Assembly: GCA_004321845.1 (NCBI GenBank) | Contig: SHBL01000002.1 | Coordinates: forward strand, 1 to 45,083 | Direction of reading: 5' to 3' | DNA length: 45,083 nucleotides | Source: SAR86 cluster bacterium | Lineage (GTDB): Bacteria; Pseudomonadota; Gammaproteobacteria; Magnimaribacterales; TMED112 | In this document: positions 36,078-43,190 of the stretch, piece by piece | How the letters are laid out: each line of letters opens with the position of its first letter | Numbering within the stretch: the first letter of the stretch is position 1 | The notes under the pieces: generated by a model | The model's database searches: none | What the model was told of the DNA's origin: nothing | Seen by the model: the letters and a program-made list of their open reading frames with translations, nothing else | Program-made: the position numbers and the translations under genes

Positions 36078-36244
36078 ATTTCCATCATATCAAAATCTTC
36101 TTTACCCACACCACATTCAGGACAAACCCAATCGTCTGGGACATCTTCCCATTTTGTGCCAGGCTCTATGCCTTCTTCAGGATTTCCTTTTTCTTCATCG
36201 TAGATCCAACCACAGACGATGCATTCCCATTTTTTAAATTCCAT
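36074..36244 (-). CDS. rubA: Rubredoxin
   Basis: 56 aa from the internal Met: MEFKKWECIVCGWIYDEE...DDWVCPECGVGKEDF, with the two CxxCG knuckles. ATGA overlap with the transporter gene. Confidence 0.9.
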   Translation of the reverse strand: MEFKKWECIVCGWIYDEEKGNPEEGIEPGTKWEDVPDDWVCPECGVGKEDFDMMEI

Positions 36245-36292
36245 TTTTATGTCTTTCTTAACTGAAGTATTATAATCAATCCTCATTAAGAT

Positions 36293-36769
36293 ATGACACC
36301 GAAACAACAAACAAATTGGCAACTTTATAAATCTCATGAAGATTTAATTAACCCCCATATGGCTAGCTGGGTTGAAGAAGACAACTCATTGATGAAGCGG
36401 CTTAATGATGAAAAACAAAAAATTTCTCTTAGAGTGATATTTGAAAAAATTTGCCTGCATGATGAGAGCGAACTGAACTATGTAAATGTAGAAGGTAATC
36501 TGCGAAGAATTTTTCTCACTGGTAGTTCTGATATTGTATTCGCCGAATCTTTCTTTAGTAATGAGGTTATTAAGAAATTTAAAAAATTTGGAAGACTTGA
36601 AATTGAGCCTTTAGGAAAGTTTTTATTTTCAGATACGAATATTACTAAACATGAGACATACGTAGCAACCTTCATCAATGGCGATCAGAACTTCCAAGGG
36701 CGTAAGTGTATTTACGATTATGCTGGTTCAAAGTTCTCTGTGATAGAAGTATTCTTATTTAATGACTAA
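36293..36769 (+). CDS. ubiC: Chorismate pyruvate-lyase
   Basis: About 158 aa; NSLMKRL, RRIFL...AESF, EPLGKFLF and VIEVFL segments fit the UbiC pattern. Directly upstream of and overlapping ubiA. Confidence 0.65.
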   Translation: MTPKQQTNWQLYKSHEDLINPHMASWVEEDNSLMKRLNDEKQKISLRVIFEKICLHDESELNYVNVEGNLRRIFLTGSSDIVFAESFFSNEVIKKFKKFGRLEIEPLGKFLFSDTNITKHETYVATFINGDQNFQGRKCIYDYAGSKFSVIEVFLFND

Positions 36770-37610
36770 ATTAAATTCCTATCTTGAACTCATAAGATTT
36801 TATAATCCAATTGGTTTTTGGTTATTGCTCTGGCCAGGATTGTGGGGCTTATTCTTATCGGATAATTTCAATATTTCTAATTTTACAATTGTGATCTTAG
36901 GTTCTTTTCTGACAAGATCTTTGGGTTGCGCCATAAATGATCTTACTGATAGAAAATTTGATAAAAACGTTGAGAGAACGAAAGATAGACCTCTTGCAAA
37001 TAATAGCCTATCAGTCCTTGAAGCATTATTCTTTATCATTCTACTAAGTATTTGCAGCTTACTTCTTTTATCCCTGACTAATATTTTCACTATTAAGTTT
37101 GTTGGCTTAATTGCAGTACCAATGATCATTATTTATCCATTAATGAAAAGGTTTATTGCCTTACCCCAAATATTCTTAGGAGCTACATTTGGTTTATCCT
37201 TGCCAATCTCTTATTCAATTGCTGAAGGCACAATTAGTCTTGAAGTGTGGTTTTTATATTTTGGTTGTGTGTTTTGGATCATTGCTTATGACACCTATTA
37301 CGCTTTGTGTGATTTAGATGACGATAGAAAATTAAACCTTAATTCTGCCGCAATATTTTTTGGTGATGACACTAGAAAAGCAGCAATAGTTTTTTCATCA
37401 CTTTTTGTTTTAAGCATTTTTGTCCTTGCCTATAAGAATGTCTCAAGTATTATTGCAATCGGAGTTTTATTTCTTCTATATCAAATCTATTTTCAAAACC
37501 AACTATCAAATAAGGATAAAAACTTAGAAGCTTTTAAAGCCAATAGCCAAGTTGGTTTAGTGGTGGCAGTTTTATTATTTATCGAGAAGCAAAGTGAATT
37601 TTTTAGTTGA
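36762..37610 (+). CDS. ubiA: 4-hydroxybenzoate polyprenyltransferase
   Basis: UbiA prenyltransferase Asp-rich motifs NDLTDRKFD and YALCDLDDD. Polytopic, 282 aa. Confidence 0.9.
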   Translation: MTKLNSYLELIRFYNPIGFWLLLWPGLWGLFLSDNFNISNFTIVILGSFLTRSLGCAINDLTDRKFDKNVERTKDRPLANNSLSVLEALFFIILLSICSLLLLSLTNIFTIKFVGLIAVPMIIIYPLMKRFIALPQIFLGATFGLSLPISYSIAEGTISLEVWFLYFGCVFWIIAYDTYYALCDLDDDRKLNLNSAAIFFGDDTRKAAIVFSSLFVLSIFVLAYKNVSSIIAIGVLFLLYQIYFQNQLSNKDKNLEAFKANSQVGLVVAVLLFIEKQSEFFS

Positions 37611-38682
37611 GAATAATTTAAATAATTCAAAAAAAACTTTTTCTGAATATCATTCTGGTGATCCCTTTTCTTCTTATAATTTTTTAAATGCTCTGCAAGA
37701 GACAAATTGCCTAGATTCAGACTCTGGTTGGATAGCTAAATGTTTAAATCATACTAATGGTACAACTATCCCGTTTTTTGAAAAGCTAAATAGCCAAGGA
37801 GAATTCGTATTTGATTATGCATGGGCTAACACTTTTCATCAGTATGGTCAGGCATATTACCCAAAGCTAGTGATGAGTGTTCCTTTTACTCCTGTTGATG
37901 GTAAAAGAATTATTGGACCAGACGATGAATCAAGATCAGAAGCTTTAGCAGGCCTCATAAACCATACAGAGCAAAATGAATATTCTTCTCTTCATGCCTT
38001 ATTTGTTGAAGAGTCACAAAAAGATATCTTTAGAAAACTAAATTTTATAGAAAGACTGGACTGTAATTATAAATGGCAGAATAAGTCTTATCGTTCTTTT
38101 GATGATTTTCTTAATCAACTAACTTCGCGACATAGAAAAAATATGAAAAAGGAAAGAGATTATATAAAAAACCTCAATATAGAATTTGAACAAATAGAAG
38201 ATATTAAAGAACAAGATTGGAAGGATTTTTATTTATTTTACTCAATAACATATGCAGTACGAGGGCAAAGACCTTACCTTACATCTTCTTTCTTTCAGAG
38301 CATTGCCGAACTCAATCCAATTTTAGTTTTCGCTCATAAAAATGGCCAAAGAATTGCTGCGGCGCTTTTTTTTCAATATGAAAATAAGCTTTATGGTAGA
38401 TACTGGGGAACTAGAGAACCAATAAATTATCTTCACTTTGAATGTTGTTATTATCAAGGGATTGAGATGGCAATAAAAATGAATTGCACAGAATTTGATC
38501 CAGGAATTCAGGGTCACCATAAGCTTAAAAGAGGCTTTGAGCCCGCCATAAACTCTTCATTTCATTGGATAGTTGATGAGCGCTTTAGAGAAGCAATAAG
38601 AAATTATTGTGAAACAGAATCAAAACAAATTAGGCAATATTTTGAGCAATCAAAAGATTATTTACCGTTTAAGAATGTCTGA
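37594..38682 (+). CDS. DUF482/COG3146-like (FemAB/GNAT-fold) protein of unknown function
   Basis: 362 aa; PFSSYNFLNALQET...GW N-terminus and YYPKLVMSVPFTPV segment as I recall for this family. GTG start overlapping the ubiA end, so start uncertain. Confidence 0.55.
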   Translation: MNFLVENNLNNSKKTFSEYHSGDPFSSYNFLNALQETNCLDSDSGWIAKCLNHTNGTTIPFFEKLNSQGEFVFDYAWANTFHQYGQAYYPKLVMSVPFTPVDGKRIIGPDDESRSEALAGLINHTEQNEYSSLHALFVEESQKDIFRKLNFIERLDCNYKWQNKSYRSFDDFLNQLTSRHRKNMKKERDYIKNLNIEFEQIEDIKEQDWKDFYLFYSITYAVRGQRPYLTSSFFQSIAELNPILVFAHKNGQRIAAALFFQYENKLYGRYWGTREPINYLHFECCYYQGIEMAIKMNCTEFDPGIQGHHKLKRGFEPAINSSFHWIVDERFREAIRNYCETESKQIRQYFEQSKDYLPFKNV

Positions 38683-39085
38683 ATATAAAAAAACCAATCA
38701 TCACCTTGCTGTTTGCTCTGCTAATTACTTGAGAATAAAAAAACTATTGGCCGCTTTTTCAAAGAACTCGCTTAAATTAAGAAATAATGATGAGAAAAAA
38801 TATTTTAGGGCAGAAATAAAGTACTGTTCAGTTTCAAAACATACAGCAGAATTTAATCTTCATTTTTCTAACTTAGAATCGAAGCTATTACATACATTCT
38901 ATTTTGATTGCAATATATATCATGATGTTGAGTTAGTAGAGGTAGCGGCTTTCAATGGTTATGCGCCCAATAAATTTCCATTTCAATTTGAAAAATACCC
39001 AAAATCGTCTGATGAAAAATCTCAGCAAAACAGATTTTTTACTGAAGTTCTTGATATGATTCTCACAGGCGATTTTTATGAGTAA
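38675..39085 (+). CDS. yqiB: DUF1249 protein (YqiB-like)
   Basis: About 136 aa from the internal Met (ATGTCTGA overlap with the upstream stop). Sits immediately upstream of a yqiA homolog as in E. coli. The call rests mainly on size and synteny. Confidence 0.5.
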   Translation: MSEYKKTNHHLAVCSANYLRIKKLLAAFSKNSLKLRNNDEKKYFRAEIKYCSVSKHTAEFNLHFSNLESKLLHTFYFDCNIYHDVELVEVAAFNGYAPNKFPFQFEKYPKSSDEKSQQNRFFTEVLDMILTGDFYE

Positions 39086-39653
39086 AAAAAACTTAATAGT
39101 TTATGTGCACGGGTGGAATTCTCATGCAAAGGCACGTAAAGCACAATTACTTGAAAGCGAACTTGCTAATCATGGGTTCTTTTCGTGCACATCACTAACA
39201 CTTAAGAATCACCCCAAAGAAGCTATTGAACAACTAATAGAATTTATAGAATCTAAGCAAACTGATTTTACTGTGCATCTTATAGGAAGTTCTCTTGGCG
39301 GTTACTATGCAACCTATGTAGCAGAAAAATTGAATCTCAAAGCTGCAATGATCAACCCAGCAGTATGGGCATATAAGATTTTTGAAAATGATCGAGGACA
39401 AAACGTTAACCCAAATACAGGCGATGAATATTTTATAGATCAGTCATGGATAGATAGCTTAGAAGATATCCACATTGAGAATCCAACAACTAAAAGATAT
39501 TTAGTACTACTCCAAACAGGCGATGAAACCCTGAACTATAAATATGCTGAAAAATATTTCAATGGAGCAAACATAGTTATTGATGAGGGAGGAAATCATA
39601 GTTTTGAAAATTTAGAAATTAAAATTCCTCAGATTCTTTTACATTTTTCTTAG
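39078..39653 (+). CDS. yqiA: Esterase YqiA (alpha/beta hydrolase, UPF0227)
   Basis: LIVYVHGWNS start, GSSLGG nucleophile elbow and C-terminal GGNHSF. 191 aa. Confidence 0.8.
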   Translation: MSKKNLIVYVHGWNSHAKARKAQLLESELANHGFFSCTSLTLKNHPKEAIEQLIEFIESKQTDFTVHLIGSSLGGYYATYVAEKLNLKAAMINPAVWAYKIFENDRGQNVNPNTGDEYFIDQSWIDSLEDIHIENPTTKRYLVLLQTGDETLNYKYAEKYFNGANIVIDEGGNHSFENLEIKIPQILLHFS

Positions 39654-39765
39654 TTTTTTTTGAAACTAATTGCCAATCCTTTTTAAAAATACTAAATTAG
39701 AACTGCATTGCATTTGCACCATACCCCATGGTTAAAAAGGGGTCCTTTTTAGGATATTAGTTAAA

Positions 39766-39822
39766 ATCGTTCATCTTTATGAAAGTGAAGACGGAAGTAG
39801 ACGAAAGTTGAAGGAACGCGAC
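39766..39822 (+). promoter_or_regulatory. Glutamine riboswitch aptamer (glnA RNA motif)
   Basis: RNA AUCGUUCAUCUUUAUGAAAGUGAAGACGGAAGUAGACGAAAGUUGAAGGAACGCGAC. Closing helix CGUUC (39768-39772) pairs with GAACG (39814-39818). Conserved GACGGAAGUAG (39790-39800) and GAAGGAACGCG (39810-39820). GAAA-capped mini-stem at 39800-39809. Lies 86 nt upstream of a glutamine synthetase start codon. Confidence 0.8.
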
Positions 39823-39907
39823 CGTTAAACCCAGTCGAGTTTAACTTCTATAGTGCTGCAATATAAATGCAAATATATTTTATTTATTTTTCTATAGGAG
39901 AAAAGAT

Positions 39908-40918
39908 ATGAGTGATATAAAAACTTATGAATACGTCTGGTTAGACGGTTTTAAGCCTGAGCCTTCTCTCAGGAGCAAAGTAAAAGCAACAGATCTTAGA
40001 GGTACTGATAAAGGTGAAATGAATGATAGCATGCCGCCAAAATGGTCCTTTGATGGATCTTCTACACAACAAGCTGAAGGTGGTAGTTCGGATTGTCTTT
40101 TGATACCTGTTCAAAAGTATGACAACCCTACTAATCCAGATCACTTAGTGATGTGTGAGGTATTGGCTGCAGATAGTAGCGTTCATCCATCTAATACTAG
40201 AGTTGCTGCAGCAGAAGTAGCTACAGATGAATGGTGGTTTGGTTTTGAGCAAGAGTACTTTTTTACTAATCCGGATGGCTCTCCCCTTGGATGGGAAGAC
40301 GGTGAACCAAGAGCTCAGGGTGATTACTACTGTGGTGTTGGTGCAGATAATGTAGCAGGGCGTGAAATATCAGAAATGCACTTGCAAGCGTGTCTTGATG
40401 CAGGCATAAATCTCACAGGAACAAATGCAGAAGTAGCTTTAGGCCAATGGGAATATCAGTGTTTTGGTAAAGGAGTAAAGGCTGGTGATGATCTCTGGAT
40501 GAGCAGGTACTTATTGTACAAAATAGCTGAAGAATATGGTGTTGGTGTAAACATTCACCCAAAACCAAAAAAAGGCGATTGGAATGGCTCAGGGATGCAT
40601 GCAAATTTTTCTAATGAAGAAATGAGAACTGCTGGTTCTAAAGAACTTTTTCATTCAATGTGCGATAAATTAGGTGCAGTTCATGAAGAAGGTATTGCAT
40701 CATATGGTTCAGACAATGACCAACGATTAACAGGCTTACATGAAACTCAAAAGATTACTGAGTTCTCATATGGTGTTAGTGACAGAGGGGCTAGTATCAG
40801 AATACCTGTATATACAGTTGAGCATGACTGGAATGGTTATTTGGAAGATAGAAGGCCAGCATCTAATGCGGATCCTTATAAAATCATTGCCCACATTGTA
40901 GGCACACTAACTAAATAA
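39908..40918 (+). CDS. glnII: Glutamine synthetase type II (eukaryote-like GSII)
   Basis: 336 aa; YVWLDG, WSFDGSSTQQAEGGSSDC, WFGFEQEYFF, NAEVALGQWEYQ, DWNGSGMHANFS, SYGVSDRGASIRIP and GYLEDRRPASNADPY match rhizobial/streptomycete GlnII throughout. Good RBS (AGGAGA) upstream. Confidence 0.92.
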   Translation: MSDIKTYEYVWLDGFKPEPSLRSKVKATDLRGTDKGEMNDSMPPKWSFDGSSTQQAEGGSSDCLLIPVQKYDNPTNPDHLVMCEVLAADSSVHPSNTRVAAAEVATDEWWFGFEQEYFFTNPDGSPLGWEDGEPRAQGDYYCGVGADNVAGREISEMHLQACLDAGINLTGTNAEVALGQWEYQCFGKGVKAGDDLWMSRYLLYKIAEEYGVGVNIHPKPKKGDWNGSGMHANFSNEEMRTAGSKELFHSMCDKLGAVHEEGIASYGSDNDQRLTGLHETQKITEFSYGVSDRGASIRIPVYTVEHDWNGYLEDRRPASNADPYKIIAHIVGTLTK

Positions 40919-40925
40919 CTTATTT

Positions 40926-40960
40926 AGCCTCTCACTTTACTAGTGGGAGGCTTTCTTCTT
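40926..40960 (+). terminator. Candidate intrinsic terminator for glnII (embedded in the 3' end of the convergent yibN-like gene)
   Basis: Stem AGCCTCTC (40926-40933) pairs with GGGAGGCT (40945-40952): 7 Watson-Crick pairs plus 1 G-U. 11-nt loop, followed by TTCTTCTT. Begins 8 nt after the glnII stop. Confidence 0.5.
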
Positions 40961-41336
40961 GCCAAGATATAAGGCCATCCTTTAATAGATAAACTTCTTC
41001 TATTCCAAGCTTCAAGAGCTCTACTCCTGCTCCACCTGCATCTAAGCCATTTTCTGTGATTACCACAACAGCTTTGCCTTTATTTAGAAGGTGTTCCTGT
41101 TGCCCAAAAGAGTCTTTTTGAACATTAATTGAGCCGTGAATATGACCAGATTCAAAAGAGTCTTTTTGTCTTATGTCGACAAAAATTGCATCGTTATTAT
41201 TAATTAAGTCTACAGCTTGGGAAGGAGTTATTCTTTTTCCGCCTTTACTTGTCTCGTACATGTACCATAAAACAAAGGTAATAAACAATGGTACAGATAA
41301 GTACCACCTAGAAATTAAAAAATCGAAGAAATCCAT
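40932..41336 (-). CDS. yibN: Membrane-anchored rhodanese-domain protein (YibN-like)
   Basis: N-terminal TM helix, then ITPSQAVDLINNNDAIFVDIRQKDSFESGHIHGSINV, closely resembling E. coli YibN. The usual active-site Cys loop position reads VVVITENGLDAG. Confidence 0.75.
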   Translation of the reverse strand: MDFFDFLISRWYLSVPLFITFVLWYMYETSKGGKRITPSQAVDLINNNDAIFVDIRQKDSFESGHIHGSINVQKDSFGQQEHLLNKGKAVVVITENGLDAGGAGVELLKLGIEEVYLLKDGLISWQEESLPLVK

Positions 41337-41388
41337 ATCAAAAAATTGTTTTAAGCTTATACAATATAGAGATTATTTAAAAGAAAAA

Positions 41389-41994
41389 ATGAATTCAAAT
41401 TATTTAGTTTTAGTTAGGCATGGTCAAAGTACGTGGAATGAAAAAAACTTGTTCACTGGTTGGCGAGATCCTGGTCTAACACAAAAAGGAATTGAAGAAG
41501 CTCATAAGGCTGGAATTCTGCTTAGAGACAAGGGTCTAGTATTTGACCTAATGTTTACTTCTGAGCTAGAAAGGGCTCAATTGACCGGTCAAATAATGTT
41601 AGATGAAATGGATTGTTCTGACTTGCAGACAATCAGAAATCAAAAATTAAATGAAAGAGCATATGGTGACCTCACCGGTATGAATAAAGATGAAGCAAGG
41701 GCAAAATTTGGTGAAGAGCAAATACATGTATGGCGAAGATCATACGATATTCCTCCTCCTGGGGGCGAAAGTCTTAAAGATACTTATAATCGTGCCGTGC
41801 CATATTTTGAAGAAGCTATTCTTCCAGAGTTACAAGCATCAAAAAATGTATTAGTAGCAGCTCATGGAAATTCCTTAAGAGCAATCGTTAAGCACTTGGA
41901 GAATATTTCAGAAACAGATATAGTCAAACTAGAAATAGCCACAGGCGATCCAATAATTTATACATACTCTGATGGAAGTTACACAAGAAGTTAA
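41389..41994 (+). CDS. gpmA: 2,3-bisphosphoglycerate-dependent phosphoglycerate mutase (short form)
   Basis: LVLVRHGQSTWN (RHGxxxWN) and later AAHGNSLRA histidine-phosphatase motifs. Start taken at 41389; the ORF-track start at 41173 would overlap yibN. Confidence 0.85.
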   Translation: MNSNYLVLVRHGQSTWNEKNLFTGWRDPGLTQKGIEEAHKAGILLRDKGLVFDLMFTSELERAQLTGQIMLDEMDCSDLQTIRNQKLNERAYGDLTGMNKDEARAKFGEEQIHVWRRSYDIPPPGGESLKDTYNRAVPYFEEAILPELQASKNVLVAAHGNSLRAIVKHLENISETDIVKLEIATGDPIIYTYSDGSYTRS

Positions 41995-42931
41995 TATCGG
42001 TTCAAAAATTTCAAACTGGTACACAGAGAATGGAAGGCAGAATTTACCTTGGCGAGAAAATGTAACGCCTTATCGGATCTGGATATCCGAAATTATGCTT
42101 CAACAGACACAAGTAAATACAGCTATAGATTATTTCAATCGCTTCATGGCCAAATATCCTGATTTAGAGACAATAAAAGATGCAAATGAGGATGATATCT
42201 ATAGTTTATGGAGTGGTCTTGGTTATTACCGTAGAGCTAGCTATATATATCGCGCTAAAGAGGCCATTCATGCAAATTTTTCTGGCAGAATGCCAGAACA
42301 GTATAAGGATATTATATCTTTACCGGGTATTGGGAGATCAACAGCAGGCGCAATTTTATCAATTGCTTTTAACAAACCCTATCCAATCTTAGATGCAAAC
42401 GTCAAAAAAGTTATAAGCAGAATTTTTTATAAAAACTCTTATGAAGAAAAGTCTTTCTGGGAATTATCAGAACAAATGCTCGATAAAAAAAACCTTTTTA
42501 AATTTCAACAAGGAGTAATGGATCTTGGTTCACAGCTTTGTTTGCCAAAGAATCCTAAATGCCTAGTTTGTCCTGTAAGTAAAAATTGCTTAGCCAATAT
42601 TAAGGGGGAATATCCAGTGCTCGCGAAAAAGAAAGTTCAAAGAAAAAAAGAATTCCTCAAATTTAATCTAATAAGATTTAATGAAAAATATTTCTTAACT
42701 AAGGATAATACTTTGGGCTATTGGAAGAACTTATGGATTCCGCCTGTTGAAAAGAATAAATTAAAGGCTTTTGATATAATCCATAACCTTTCACACAGGG
42801 AACTAAATATTTCATTTACCGAATCATCAGAAAAGCACCCAAAATTATCTGGGAAATGGTTTTCTGCAGAAGAAATAAAAAAAATTGCTGTGCCCAAGCC
42901 TATTTTTGATAAATTAGTAAGTAATGAATAA
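41972..42931 (+). CDS. mutY: A/G-specific adenine DNA glycosylase
   Basis: HhH-GPD LPGIGRSTAGAILSIAF, DANVKKVISR and 4Fe-4S loop CLPKNPKCLVCPVSKNC. Followed by yggX as in E. coli. Confidence 0.9.
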   Translation: MEVTQEVNIGSKISNWYTENGRQNLPWRENVTPYRIWISEIMLQQTQVNTAIDYFNRFMAKYPDLETIKDANEDDIYSLWSGLGYYRRASYIYRAKEAIHANFSGRMPEQYKDIISLPGIGRSTAGAILSIAFNKPYPILDANVKKVISRIFYKNSYEEKSFWELSEQMLDKKNLFKFQQGVMDLGSQLCLPKNPKCLVCPVSKNCLANIKGEYPVLAKKKVQRKKEFLKFNLIRFNEKYFLTKDNTLGYWKNLWIPPVEKNKLKAFDIIHNLSHRELNISFTESSEKHPKLSGKWFSAEEIKKIAVPKPIFDKLVSNE

Positions 42932-43190
42932 AGTTTTTTGTAAAAAGTATAAGAAAGAGCTTGATGCTTTGATTCAGGCACCCATTCCTGGGCCTAAGGG
43001 GGAAGAAATTCAACTAAACTTTTCTCAGAAAGCATGGAATGAATGGATTTCACTTCAAACTATGCTCATAAATGAAAAACACTTAGATCTATCCTTAAAA
43101 GAAAATAGAAAATGGCTAAATGAACAAATGAGCTTGTTCTTAAACAATGAGGATTACGAAAAACCCTCTGGTTTTATCCCTCAACAATAA
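42924..43190 (+). CDS. yggX: Fe(2+)-trafficking / oxidative damage protection protein YggX
   Basis: 88 aa; VFCKKYKKEL...AWNEWISLQTMLINEKHL matches YggX. Confidence 0.85.
   Translation: MNKVFCKKYKKELDALIQAPIPGPKGEEIQLNFSQKAWNEWISLQTMLINEKHLDLSLKENRKWLNEQMSLFLNNEDYEKPSGFIPQQ

Noticed and set aside
36245-36337. N-terminal 31-aa extension of the rubredoxin ORF in the track
   Set aside because: The extension would overlap the ubiC start and adds a non-rubredoxin hydrophobic peptide. The internal Met gives a canonical 56-aa rubredoxin.
39670-39698. Sigma-70-like promoter TTGCCA-17 nt-TAAATT in the glnII leader region
   Set aside because: The spacing is right, but such hexamers arise easily by chance in AT-rich DNA, and there is no TSS evidence. 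It is kept only as a hypothesis for 5'-RACE.
39703-39732. Possible sigma-54 promoter (CTGCAT-N5-TTGCA) and NtrC-like half-sites (TGCACCA...TGGTTAA) upstream of glnII
   Set aside because: It was attractive because rhizobial glnII is NtrC/sigma-54 dependent. However, the invariant GG of the -24 element is TG here. The putative NtrC half-sites also have the wrong spacing and a degenerate second half. This cannot be supported from sequence alone.
39723-39750. Hairpin ACCCC/GGGGT (11-nt loop), or alternatively AAAAAGG/CCTTTTT, followed by a T-run after yqiA
   Set aside because: The two folds are weak and mutually exclusive. It could be a poor terminator for the ubiC-yqiA operon or part of the glnII leader. 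It is too weak to annotate.
39867-39911. 14-codon uORF (MQIYFIYFSIGEKI) whose stop overlaps the glnII ATG (ATATGA)
   Set aside because: There is no Shine-Dalgarno sequence in front of it, and the region is so AT-rich that short ORFs are expected. It is noted only because relatives of the glutamine riboswitch (downstream-peptide motif) precede short ORFs.
41173-41388. 72-aa N-terminal extension of the gpmA ORF
   Set aside because: It overlaps the yibN-like gene on the other strand. dPGMs begin right at the xLVLxRHG strand, which follows the Met at 41389.
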